Shown in pieces: positions 40,053 through 49,280 of a DNA stretch of 64,000 nt. Position numbers and translations under genes: made by a program. The notes under the pieces were generated by a model that had not been told where the DNA came from, made no database searches, and worked only from the letters and a program-made list of their open reading frames with translations. The stretch is from Planctomycetota bacterium (lineage in GTDB: Bacteria; Planctomycetota; UBA1135; UBA2386), in contig OZ245006.1 of NCBI GenBank assembly GCA_965223545.1, positions 6,976,001 to 7,040,000 of the forward strand. The letters are read 5' to 3'. The number at the start of each line of letters is the position of its first letter. Position 1 is the stretch's first letter.

Positions 40053-40604
40053 ATGCGCAGCAGCTGGATCGTCGGTGGGGCGTGCTTCGCACAGCTCGCC
40101 GGGTGTGCGCCCGAGCCGCCGAAGCCGGTCGACGCCGATGCCCTCGTGCTCGAGCTCGGTGGACAGCACCGCCTGCTGTCCGAGGCCCTCGCGGCGGTCG
40201 CGCCGGGTGGCGCGCGGAAGCCGGCGCCCGCCGCCGCGCAGCCGAGCACTGGTGCGCCGCGCGAGGCCACCGCCGATCGGCGTCCCGCCGCGAGTGGCGC
40301 GGATCCGGCGGCCAATCGGGTGCCGGCCGAGTCCCCGCCGGGGCCGGACTCGGAGCCGGCGCAGGTGCCGGATTACGACGAGGTTGGAACGCCGGTAGAG
40401 AGTGCCGCGGCCGAGCCGCCGCCGGCGCCGATCGGTCCTCGCCGCGAGGTGAGTCTGGACGCCGGGCAGACCCTGTTCGAGCTGGCCCGGGTGCACCTAG
40501 GCGACGGCAACCGCTTCCACGAGCTGTTGGAACTCAACGGCTGGAGCGAGGCGCAGGCGCGGCGACTGCCGGTCGGCACCGTGGTGCAGCTACCGCCGCG
40601 CTGA
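40053..40604 (+). CDS. LysM-domain lipoprotein
   Basis: Lipobox LAGC; GQTLFELARVHLG..ELLELNG..LPVGTVVQLP. Confidence 0.8.
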   Translation: MRSSWIVGGACFAQLAGCAPEPPKPVDADALVLELGGQHRLLSEALAAVAPGGARKPAPAAAQPSTGAPREATADRRPAASGADPAANRVPAESPPGPDSEPAQVPDYDEVGTPVESAAAEPPPAPIGPRREVSLDAGQTLFELARVHLGDGNRFHELLELNGWSEAQARRLPVGTVVQLPPR

Positions 40605-42119
40605 CGGGGCGGCGCGCTTGACGGGCCGATCGAAGGCCGTGATCCACTCGGCCAGAGTAGTGGTGGTGGCGGGCCCCGACCAGGCGTAGCGCACGCGGTG
40701 GCCGCGGATGGTCCGCGCTGCGGTGAGCGAGGCCGGCCCTCCCTCCGGCGGCGGCGGCAGCGCCTCCAACCAGCGGTGCACCGTCGCCGCTTCGCTGGGC
40801 GTCACCACTTCGCAGACCAGCTCCAACGTCGGCGTGCACTGGATGCGCACGGTGGCGCCGCGCAGCGGGCGCAGAAAGCCGAGGGGTGCGGGCAGTCTGC
40901 CGCCCGCCGGCCAGGTCGCGGGTGCTTTCCAGCGCAGCGTGATGGCGGCGCGTTGGCCGCGGTCGAAGGGCGCCGGGATCGCGGCGTCCGCTGCCCGCGC
41001 CGCGCCGGCTTTGGCGGGGCCGAGGTGCAGCCAAGATCGCGCGACGCGCAGCCGGTGGCGCGGCAGAGACTCCGTCGTCAGCACCTCGCCATCGACGGTG
41101 CACGGGATGGCCTCGGCGCGCAGTCCCTCGTGGATGCGCGCGACGTCGAACGCGCCGTCGAGCCAGGCGTCGATGAACAGGGTGCGCTGTGGACCGACCT
41201 GCACGCCGGCGACGGTGCGACGGACCGACCACTGGCCGTAGCGCCGCGCCAGCTCGTGGCCGAGGAGGCACGGCCAGTCGGCGAGGGTGCGCGCGCCGGC
41301 CAGCATGGCGCGCGAGACGCTGCCGCCGGCATCGCGGATCTCCGCCGTCGTGCGCCGCAGCTCGGAATCGCGCAATGCGCGGCCGATCGGCGCCATCGGC
41401 GGCAACTCGGCGACATCGACGACGAGCAGGAGATCCATCTCTCCGCCGATGGCGCGCAGCCGGTCTGCCAGCGGCGGTGGCGCCGGGGTCGCCGCTGCCG
41501 GCGGCTCCGGCCCGCCGCGGCTGAACGCGAGCGCGAGGGCGGCCTGCGCCAGCCACGCAGGGGTGTCGGGCTCGGCGGCGACCTGCTCGGCGAGCTGGCG
41601 CAGCTCGCGGTGGTCGAGCTCCGCCAGCGCGGCCAGTGCGTGGTAGCGATCCAGATGGGACTTGTCGTGGTTGCCAGCCGGCATCGGGCTGCGCAGCAAC
41701 GCGACGGCGGCGGCGGGCGTGTCGATCCCGCGCGCCCGCAGCAGCAGGAACGGGTCCGTGGTGCCCAGTCCGCCACCGGGACCGGGAGCGAGCAGCACGA
41801 CGCCGGTGAAGGGGTGTCGCAGGGCGGATGCCAGGCGCCGCAATAGCAGCTGGTCGTCGCCCAACAGCGGGCCGAACAGGGGGTAGGGCGGGCTGCCCGG
41901 CTCTCCGCCGGAGGCGGGGTTGGGCAGGATCCCCAGGCTGCCGTTCTCGGTCTCGTGCCATTCGAGCGCGATCAGCGGGGGGGCGTCTCGCCAAGGCGAA
42001 TGCTGCGGCAGTGCGGTCGGGGCGATCGCGAGCGCGGCGGCGATCGTCGCCGATGGCAGGGCGAGGGGGCGCGGGCGGAGCACGGCCACGGCCAACGGTG
42101 CGGTCGCTGCCCGGTTCAT
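40590..42119 (-). CDS. Exported hypothetical protein
   Basis: ATGA coupling to upstream gene; signal-like N-terminus. Confidence 0.6.
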   Translation of the reverse strand: MNRAATAPLAVAVLRPRPLALPSATIAAALAIAPTALPQHSPWRDAPPLIALEWHETENGSLGILPNPASGGEPGSPPYPLFGPLLGDDQLLLRRLASALRHPFTGVVLLAPGPGGGLGTTDPFLLLRARGIDTPAAAVALLRSPMPAGNHDKSHLDRYHALAALAELDHRELRQLAEQVAAEPDTPAWLAQAALALAFSRGGPEPPAAATPAPPPLADRLRAIGGEMDLLLVVDVAELPPMAPIGRALRDSELRRTTAEIRDAGGSVSRAMLAGARTLADWPCLLGHELARRYGQWSVRRTVAGVQVGPQRTLFIDAWLDGAFDVARIHEGLRAEAIPCTVDGEVLTTESLPRHRLRVARSWLHLGPAKAGAARAADAAIPAPFDRGQRAAITLRWKAPATWPAGGRLPAPLGFLRPLRGATVRIQCTPTLELVCEVVTPSEAATVHRWLEALPPPPEGGPASLTAARTIRGHRVRYAWSGPATTTTLAEWITAFDRPVKRAAPSARR

Positions 42120-43882
42120 CGCCGGCGGCGGGTGAAGCGCCGCGGCGGGCTCTCCGCCGCGTCGTCGACGCCCTCGCCGGCGGCGCGGTCCGGCAAGCGG
42201 CGGACCTTCCACGACAGCTCGAGGTCGGTGGGGATCAAGGCCCAGTGCGCGTCGGAGAACGTCATGCGCTGCTCGGTGAACGCGAGCGACGCCCATTCGT
42301 AGGTGCCGAACAGCACGCGGCCTGCATCGGTGTACAGGTGTACGGTGTAGCGCCCACCTGGCGCGGAGCCGTCGGCGGCGCGCCAGCGGAGAGTGGGCGC
42401 GTCGACGAGCTCGGCGCCGTCCGCGGGTTCGACCAGTGTGATCGTGGCGCGGTGGTCGGGTGGCGGCGTCGCCAGGCCGCGGATCATCGACGCGCGTTCG
42501 CGTTCGACGTCGCCGGGGACGACCGCGAACGCGGGCGCGAAGTCGAAGCAGAGGATCGCAGCGGCGCCCAATGGCAGCATCGCCGCCGTGGTCAGGCCGA
42601 TCGCGGTTGTCCAACGTCGGGGCAACAGGGTGCCGGCGGCGGCGACGCCGCCACCGACGAGCACGGCGAGCGCGCCGGCGCCGGGAAACAGATAGCGGCC
42701 CTGCGGCTGGAAGAAGTCGATGTTGAAGCGGACCACCTGGGCGAAGACCAGGCCGACGGCGGCGACACTGAGCACCAGGGGGGTGCGGCGCGGGGTGAGG
42801 CGGCGGCCGCGCAGCAGCCAGCCGATTGCGGCGAGGGCGGCGGCAGCGGCAAAGGCGAAGTGCGCCGGCGCCGGCACCGGATGGCTGACCCAGCCCAGAT
42901 TGCCGACGAACGACTCGCCCAGCAGCGGGGCGAAGTTGCCGCCGAGCCATTGCCAGCGCATGCCGTCGGGCACCGCGTTGCTGGCGAACGCCGCGCGGTG
43001 CGCCGCCGTCGCCAGCGGATCGTCGTACAGCATCGCGTTGCGCGCGAAGAACCAGCCGGCGACCGCCGTGAATGCGCCGGCGCAGCACACCGCGCCCAGC
43101 GCGTGCGCGCGCCGCTGAGCGGGCGCGGTCCACAGCAGCCAGACAAACGCCACCGCGACCAGCGGCACGCAGAACAGAGCGGTCAGCTTGGTGATCACGG
43201 CCAGCCCGCAGCTCAGGCCGAGCGCGGTCGCCGTCCCGAGTCCGAGGCGCGGGCGGGACGCGGGGCGTGCCAGCGCGCGCGCCAGCAGCACCAGCGTCGC
43301 CGTGCACAGCGTCGTGGCGAGATTGCCGTTGTCGAGCACGCCGTGGGCAAACGACCACTGCGGCAGGCACGCCAGCAGGAGCGCGGCGATGCCGGCCGCG
43401 GTCGGACAGTCGGGCAGAACGCAGCGCGCCAGAGCGTAGGTCAGCCCGACACTGGCCACGCCGCAGAACACCGACAGCAGGCGCAGGATGCGCAGCGTCC
43501 AGATCTCCTCCGACACCGGTGCGACCTCGTCGTGACCGTGCTGCCAGTGCAGGGGCGACCCCGCGCCACCTTGCAGGATGTTGTCGGGGTTGCCGCGCCA
43601 GGAGGGCACGGTGTCGGCGGCGCCGAGCGCGTGCAGCATCGTCGCCAGCAGCGCGTAGTACAGCGGTGGGTGGTGGCCCAGAACGGCCTGCTCCCAGTCG
43701 GTGGCGCCGGCCTGCTGCGCGCTGCCCAGCACCAGCGGCAGCGCGCGCCGTTGGGCGACGAAGCACGCGTAGTAGGCGTGGTCGTTCTCGTCGGGACCCT
43801 CGAACGCGGGCGTGTGCAGCGCGTAGCCGACCGAGAGGCTCAGCTGCACCAGCAGGGCCAGCGCCAGCAGCCAGCGGCTCAC
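42116..43882 (-). CDS. GT-C fold membrane glycosyltransferase (ArnT/PMT-like)
   Basis: PDENDH, HPPLYY, GLAVITKLT, QGRYLFP; multiple TM helices. Confidence 0.75.
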   Translation of the reverse strand: MSRWLLALALLVQLSLSVGYALHTPAFEGPDENDHAYYACFVAQRRALPLVLGSAQQAGATDWEQAVLGHHPPLYYALLATMLHALGAADTVPSWRGNPDNILQGGAGSPLHWQHGHDEVAPVSEEIWTLRILRLLSVFCGVASVGLTYALARCVLPDCPTAAGIAALLLACLPQWSFAHGVLDNGNLATTLCTATLVLLARALARPASRPRLGLGTATALGLSCGLAVITKLTALFCVPLVAVAFVWLLWTAPAQRRAHALGAVCCAGAFTAVAGWFFARNAMLYDDPLATAAHRAAFASNAVPDGMRWQWLGGNFAPLLGESFVGNLGWVSHPVPAPAHFAFAAAAALAAIGWLLRGRRLTPRRTPLVLSVAAVGLVFAQVVRFNIDFFQPQGRYLFPGAGALAVLVGGGVAAAGTLLPRRWTTAIGLTTAAMLPLGAAAILCFDFAPAFAVVPGDVERERASMIRGLATPPPDHRATITLVEPADGAELVDAPTLRWRAADGSAPGGRYTVHLYTDAGRVLFGTYEWASLAFTEQRMTFSDAHWALIPTDLELSWKVRRLPDRAAGEGVDDAAESPPRRFTRRRR

Positions 43883-44628
43883 GGTGCCTCCGCCCGACGC
43901 GCCCAAGCCAGCAGGGAGACGCCGATCGGCAGGTCGCGCTTGACCAGCCAGTGGCGCTCGGCGCCGAACACGCGTTCGAGCGCGGTGTTGAGGCCGAAGC
44001 CGGGGACCGCGAGGTCGGAGTGGCCGCGCGCCACCGAGCGCCGCAGGAACGGACGCATCGCCAGGCGCACGCCGAGGATCGGGGGCAACAGGGCGGAGTT
44101 GAAGTAGGTGACCCGCTGCACCTCGAAGCCCGCGTTCGCCAGGTGGCGGCGCAGCTCGGTGCGCCGGTAGCGGCGGTGGTGGCCCGACAGCACGTCCTGC
44201 CGGCCCCAGAGCACGCGCAGCGCCGGCACCGACAGCAACAGGTGGCCGCCGGGGCGCAGCACCCGATGCCACGCGGCCAGGCTCGCCGCCTCGTCGGCGA
44301 GGTGTTCGAGGACGTCGAGGGCGCAGACGAGATCGAAGCTGCCCGGCCTGAGCGGTGGCGCCGCGGCGTCTCCACGCAGCACGTGGTCGGCGCCGCGCGC
44401 GCGGCAGTCGCGCAGTGACTCTGCGCTCAGGTCGAGCACTGTGACGCGACCCCGCGGCGCGAGCACCGGCAGGTTGACGCCCGAGCCCGGGCCGACGTCG
44501 AGGATCCGCGCGTTCTCGGCCAGCGGGGCATGCGCGTCGAGAAACGCCGCGAAGATCGCGCGCCGCGCGCGAAACCACCAGTGCTGCTCGCCCTGGCGCC
44601 GGTACTCTTCGTGGACGGATTCCCTCAC
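43879..44628 (-). CDS. Class I SAM-dependent methyltransferase
   Basis: HWWFRARR, ILDVGPGSG, DVLEHL, HHRRY. Confidence 0.88.
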   Translation of the reverse strand: MRESVHEEYRRQGEQHWWFRARRAIFAAFLDAHAPLAENARILDVGPGSGVNLPVLAPRGRVTVLDLSAESLRDCRARGADHVLRGDAAAPPLRPGSFDLVCALDVLEHLADEAASLAAWHRVLRPGGHLLLSVPALRVLWGRQDVLSGHHRRYRRTELRRHLANAGFEVQRVTYFNSALLPPILGVRLAMRPFLRRSVARGHSDLAVPGFGLNTALERVFGAERHWLVKRDLPIGVSLLAWARRAEAP

Positions 44629-45392
44629 GGCGTCGGCTCGGCCTCGCGCGGCGCCGGCGCTGCGGTGGCCACCGGCGCGGCGGGCTTGCCGAAGTGGATG
44701 CGGAACCACATGCGGGCGACGGTCCACAGCGTGCGCGGGATGTGGCTGGCGCGCACCGTGGTGCGGCCGGCGGTGCGCGGATAGTGGCGCACGCCCTTCT
44801 CCACCGTGCGGAAGCCGAGCTTGGCGGTGCGCGCGACGAGCTCGGTGTCGACGAAGAAGTCGTCGCACTCGATAGTCATTGCCGCCAGCACGTCGCGTCG
44901 AAACAGCTTCCACGCGCAGTCGACGTCGCGCACTCTGACCCAGAACAGCACGCGCACCAAACGGTTGTAGATCCACGACAACAGACAGCGGGTCACCGAG
45001 TCGTAGCGGTAGACCCGGAAGCCGAAGACCGCGTCGGCGGAGTCGAGGAGCGGCACGGTGTCCTTGAGCTCGCGGATGTCGAACTGGTTGTCGGCGTCGG
45101 TGTAGAACACGTGCTCGCCGCGCGCGGCGCCGAAGCCGGTGGCCAGCGCGCGGCCGTAGCCGCGGTTGTGCTCGTGGCGGACCAGGCGGATGCGCGGCTC
45201 GGCGCCGGCCATGCTCTCGACGAGCTCCGCGGTGCGGTCGCGCGAGCCATCGTCGACGACGACGATCTCCCATTCGCGGAACGCGCCGGCGAGGAACGCC
45301 GCCGCGTCGGCGACTGCCTTCTCGATGCAGTCCTCTTCGTCGTAGGCGGGGAGGACGACCGAGATCGAGGCGCGGAACGGCGGCGCGGACAT
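44625..45392 (-). CDS. GT2 polyprenol-phosphate glycosyltransferase (DPM1-like)
   Basis: PAYDEE, VDDGSRD, NRGYGRAL, TDAD. Confidence 0.88.
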   Translation of the reverse strand: MSAPPFRASISVVLPAYDEEDCIEKAVADAAAFLAGAFREWEIVVVDDGSRDRTAELVESMAGAEPRIRLVRHEHNRGYGRALATGFGAARGEHVFYTDADNQFDIRELKDTVPLLDSADAVFGFRVYRYDSVTRCLLSWIYNRLVRVLFWVRVRDVDCAWKLFRRDVLAAMTIECDDFFVDTELVARTAKLGFRTVEKGVRHYPRTAGRTTVRASHIPRTLWTVARMWFRIHFGKPAAPVATAAPAPREAEPTP

Positions 45393-45484
45393 GGCTCGCA
45401 GAAGTCTACCTCGCCTGCGCGGCCACGCCGGCGCCATAATGCTCCCGACCGACTCCCCACTGGGTCTCCTCCTCGGATCCCGCG

Positions 45485-46066
45485 ATGAGTGCGCCCCCCG
45501 CGAAGCAGTTCCTCTCCGCCGACCAGCTCTTGGCCGATGCCTTTCGCCTTGGCGTGCAAGTGCTCGACAGTGGCTTCCGCCCGAGCTTCATCGTCGGCAT
45601 CTGGCGCGGGGGGACACCCGTGGGCATCGCCGTGCAGGAGCTGCTCGAGTACCGCGGAGTGACCACCGACCACATCGCGATCCGCACGTCGCTCTACCGC
45701 GGGATCGGTGACCGCCACGCCGAGACGCGCGTGCACGGACTGCAGTACGTGATCGACAACGTGGATGCGGAGGACGGCCTGCTGCTGGTCGACGACGTGT
45801 ACGACACCGGCTTGTCGATCGACGCCGTGATCCGTCACCTGGAGCGCGGTGCGCGGCGCAACACGCCGCGCGACATCCGGGTGGCGACGACCTACTACAA
45901 GCCGGACAACAACCGCACCGAGCGTGTGCCCGACTATTACGTGCACGAGACCGACCGGTGGCTGGTGTTCCCGCACGAGCTGCAGGACCTGACTCCGGCG
46001 GAGATTCTTCAGCACAAGCCTGCGCTGGCGCCGTTCGCCCGGCGCTGGCACGGCGGCACAGACTGA
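45485..46066 (+). CDS. Type I (purine) phosphoribosyltransferase
   Basis: VGIWRGG, LLVDDVYDTG, WLVFPHE. Confidence 0.88.
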   Translation: MSAPPAKQFLSADQLLADAFRLGVQVLDSGFRPSFIVGIWRGGTPVGIAVQELLEYRGVTTDHIAIRTSLYRGIGDRHAETRVHGLQYVIDNVDAEDGLLLVDDVYDTGLSIDAVIRHLERGARRNTPRDIRVATTYYKPDNNRTERVPDYYVHETDRWLVFPHELQDLTPAEILQHKPALAPFARRWHGGTD

Positions 46067-46079
46067 CGGCGGCCGCCCG

Positions 46080-47402
46080 TCAGCGGCGGCCGACCCCGTT
46101 GCGCAGCTTGCCGTCGTGTTCGAGCAGGCGCACATAAGCGCGGTTGAGCAGCCGTTCGCCGGAGCCGACGCAGGCGGGCGCCATCATCGGGTCGGCGCCG
46201 TAGCCGCCCTGCACGGCGGCCTCGATGGTGGGTAGGTACATGCTGTGGCCGTTGCAGTAGCCCAAGACCAACAGGTCGGGGCGCGCGGCGCGTTGGCGCA
46301 AGGTGACCGCATGCTGGCAAAACACCTCGCCCGAGATCGCAACCACGGCCAACGCGTCGCCGACGTTGGCCGTCGTGACCTCGGCGGGAATCCCGTCGGT
46401 GAACGTGCGCAGATAGCTCGCCACCAGCTCGGGAAAGAAGGCGGCGCGAAACGCGGCGCGGACGGCGGCGTTGGTGAAGTCGACGCGCGAGGGCAGCGAG
46501 AAGTGATCGGTGACCGCGCGCAGCCGTGGCCGCTGGGGCGGCCGCGGCTCGATGCCCTGCAAGAGCGCGAGAGTGTGCTCCGCGAGCTCCTCGCCGTAGG
46601 CGCGCGGGTCGCGGAACTCGCCCGTCGGGTCGGGGCTGAGGTCGCCCGCCGCCCCTTGCAAGAACAAACAGCCGCCGCCGTGCGCCGCCTCGACTGCCGC
46701 GCACAGGAAGCCCGGGTAGTCGGCCGAGAAGCGCGCGTCGCGCTCGGCGGTCATCACCGGGTGGGCGGCCCAGTTGACCAGCACCGCGATCGGTGCGCCG
46801 TCGGTCGTGCGATCGATCCGCACCGCGATCAGGCGGTCGTCGCGCGGCGCGTCCGCGCCCTTGGCGTGGCGGTTGCGGTTGAGGCCGAGCGCGGTGTGCG
46901 CGGTGCCGATCGCCGCCGGCGCGCGCGCGTCGTCGGCGGCGCCGATGACGGCGATCAGCAGTGCTGGCAGCCGTTCGGCGTAGTCGACGGCGTCGTCCAG
47001 CCGCGGGCGGCCGCAGCCCTCGGCGCTGTTCAGCTCGATCACCGGACCGTGGTGGGTGTGCGTGCCGGCGATCAGCACCGTGTCGATGCCGCGCGGCTGC
47101 AGTGCCGCGCGCACCTGCGACATCATCGCCGGCGTCGGGCCGCGGCCGAGGTCGGTGGCGACGATCGCCAGTCGGCGCGCGCCGGCGGCCAGCACCACCG
47201 CCCGCGCCCGCAGTGGAGTGAGCGTACCGAACGAGGGGGTGTCGCGTCGGTGGCCGTAGCCCCACATCGGAACCGCGGTCTCTGGCGTGATGTCTGCGCT
47301 GGCGTAGCCAGCGGAAAGGCCGTCCTGCGCCATCGTGGGCACGGCGGCGCCCAGCGCCAGCGCGGCGCACACAACCGATCTCGGCAGGCGGGTGCGCATC
47401 AT
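46080..47402 (-). CDS. Neutral/alkaline ceramidase-like secreted protein
   Basis: ADITP..MWGY, THTHHGP, NWAAHP, SADYPG, QGAAGDLSP. Confidence 0.78.
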   Translation of the reverse strand: MMRTRLPRSVVCAALALGAAVPTMAQDGLSAGYASADITPETAVPMWGYGHRRDTPSFGTLTPLRARAVVLAAGARRLAIVATDLGRGPTPAMMSQVRAALQPRGIDTVLIAGTHTHHGPVIELNSAEGCGRPRLDDAVDYAERLPALLIAVIGAADDARAPAAIGTAHTALGLNRNRHAKGADAPRDDRLIAVRIDRTTDGAPIAVLVNWAAHPVMTAERDARFSADYPGFLCAAVEAAHGGGCLFLQGAAGDLSPDPTGEFRDPRAYGEELAEHTLALLQGIEPRPPQRPRLRAVTDHFSLPSRVDFTNAAVRAAFRAAFFPELVASYLRTFTDGIPAEVTTANVGDALAVVAISGEVFCQHAVTLRQRAARPDLLVLGYCNGHSMYLPTIEAAVQGGYGADPMMAPACVGSGERLLNRAYVRLLEHDGKLRNGVGRR

Positions 47403-48661
47403 CGGTTGGCCCGCCAGTGCTCGAGGATCGCATCGCCGATGGCCAAGGCCTTCTTGTCCATTGCGTTCGGCGTCATGTGACCGACGTCGACGAAGTGGTC
47501 GTTCTTGCCGGTGAACATCGCGTCGAGATCGACGAACACGACCTTGTCGCCCCAGCGCTTCACCATGGCGTTCACGACCTGGTTGCACTGGTGGATGTGC
47601 ACTTGCAGACCGGGGTTCTGGTTGGCATCGATGATGTGGGGCTGGGTCGTGACCACCGGTACGATGCCGCGTGCCCAGCTCAGCTCGACGACGGTGCGGA
47701 GGTTGTTGTGGTAGGGGATCAGCTCGGTGAGGTCGGAGTAGTCCGGCGGGTTCCGGTAGCCGCCCTTCTTGACAGCGGCGTGCTCCAGGAAGGCCCAGTC
47801 CGGTTCGCCGAATAGCTGGTGCGTCGCCCAGCGATAGAGCACGCTGCCGCGGATCAACAGCGCGTCGGGGATGTGCGGCTCCTCGAACGCCTTCAGTGCG
47901 TGGCTGTAGTCGCCGCGCGCCGGCGTGGCGCGATTGCGCGTCCGCGCGTCGTTCCAGGCGTGGTGGAAGACCACGTAGTCGGGCTCGAGGTCGGCGACGT
48001 TGAGCACGAAGTTCACCGTCGAGTGCGCCGAGGTGTACCAGCCCATGCCGAAGTTCAGCACCTCGAGGGGCGGCGTCTCCTCTCGTTTCGACAGCAGCCG
48101 CTGCATGCGCTGTGGGTAGCCGCGGGCGGTGGTCGAGCCGCCGAGGCAGGCGATGCGCAGCGTGCCCTTCTGCAGAGTCTCGGCGGGCGCCGGCCCCAGG
48201 AAACCGCGGTTGTTGAACGGCAGCAGCGTGCCGAGGGCCTCGTTGCCGTGCAGCGCGATTCCCGGCCGGCCGGTGAACTGCAGGAACGGGTGAGCCTGGT
48301 ACGCCATCAGATCGTGGTAGGTGCGCCGCGCCAGCAGGATGGTGTCCCGCTGCTGCTCCAGCGGCTGCGCGCGCAGCCACACGCGGACGCCGAGCTCGAT
48401 GCCGACCAGGGCTCCCAGCGAGACGGTCAACGCCGCGAGCGGCCCGCGCGCGGCCGACCGCGAGCGCCAGAGGAACAGGCCGAGGCCGGTGCAGGCGATT
48501 GCCAATAGCCAGAGGGGGAGGCGGTCCTCGGCGTGCAGGGGTTCGAGCGCCCACAGCCGCTCGGCCAGCGGCGGCGCAAACGTCGCGCCGGCGGCTATGG
48601 TCAGACCGCCGATCGCGGCCAGGGCTCGATGAAAAGAGGGGCGGGGATCGCGAGTCGGCAT
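47399..48661 (-). CDS. Membrane-anchored SGNH/GDSL-like hydrolase
   Basis: NNRGFLG, IACLGGSTT, EVLNFG, AWND, DVGHMT. Confidence 0.75.
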   Translation of the reverse strand: MPTRDPRPSFHRALAAIGGLTIAAGATFAPPLAERLWALEPLHAEDRLPLWLLAIACTGLGLFLWRSRSAARGPLAALTVSLGALVGIELGVRVWLRAQPLEQQRDTILLARRTYHDLMAYQAHPFLQFTGRPGIALHGNEALGTLLPFNNRGFLGPAPAETLQKGTLRIACLGGSTTARGYPQRMQRLLSKREETPPLEVLNFGMGWYTSAHSTVNFVLNVADLEPDYVVFHHAWNDARTRNRATPARGDYSHALKAFEEPHIPDALLIRGSVLYRWATHQLFGEPDWAFLEHAAVKKGGYRNPPDYSDLTELIPYHNNLRTVVELSWARGIVPVVTTQPHIIDANQNPGLQVHIHQCNQVVNAMVKRWGDKVVFVDLDAMFTGKNDHFVDVGHMTPNAMDKKALAIGDAILEHWRANR

Positions 48662-48734
48662 CGGCGGTCGGTCGGCGCGGCCACACTGTAGCGCGGCGCG
48701 CGTGCCTGCGCCCGCGGCCACTGCGGCGACCGCG

Positions 48735-49280
48735 TCAGCGGCCGCGGGCCTCGCGCGGCACCGGCAGGGTGCCCAACGACCTGCCGAGCGGCCCGTGCAT
48801 GGGCGTTTCGTCGACGTCGTCGCGCAGCACGCGCAGCATCGCGATCTCGTCGCAGCAGTGGAACTTCGGGCAGTTGAGGCAGTCGTTGAACACCTTGTGC
48901 GGCATGCTCTGGTGCTCGACGATGCCGAACCCCATGCGCTCGAAGAAACCGGGCACGTAGGTGAAGGCGAACAGCCGGGCGATGCCGAGCTCCAACGCCT
49001 CCTCGACGAGCTGCTCGACGATCGCGCGGCCGAGCCCCTTGCGCTGCACGTCGGGGTCGACTGCCAGCGAGCGGATCTCAGCGAGGTCGGACCACACCAC
49101 GTGCAGCGCGCCGCAGCCGGCGAACTCGCCGTCGACGGTGACGATGGCGTAGTCGCGGATGTTCTCGATGACCGAGGACGGCGAGCGCGGCAGCATCACC
49201 TGCCGCGCGGCGAGCTCGTTGACGAGGGTGAGGATGCGCGGGGCGTCGCGCACCGTCGCCTTGCGCACGGCCGTGCTCAT
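48735..49280 (-). CDS. argA: Short GNAT N-acetylglutamate synthase
   Basis: MLPRS, AEIRSLAV..GLG, FFERMGF; last gene of the arg operon. Confidence 0.85.
   Translation of the reverse strand: MSTAVRKATVRDAPRILTLVNELAARQVMLPRSPSSVIENIRDYAIVTVDGEFAGCGALHVVWSDLAEIRSLAVDPDVQRKGLGRAIVEQLVEEALELGIARLFAFTYVPGFFERMGFGIVEHQSMPHKVFNDCLNCPKFHCCDEIAMLRVLRDDVDETPMHGPLGRSLGTLPVPREARGR

Noticed and set aside
40590..44375. 1261-aa ORF and other long Arg/Ala/Pro-rich ORFs (e.g. 3764-6373, 26668-28974)
   Set aside because: Shadow or over-extended frames typical of high-GC DNA, overlapping well-supported genes.
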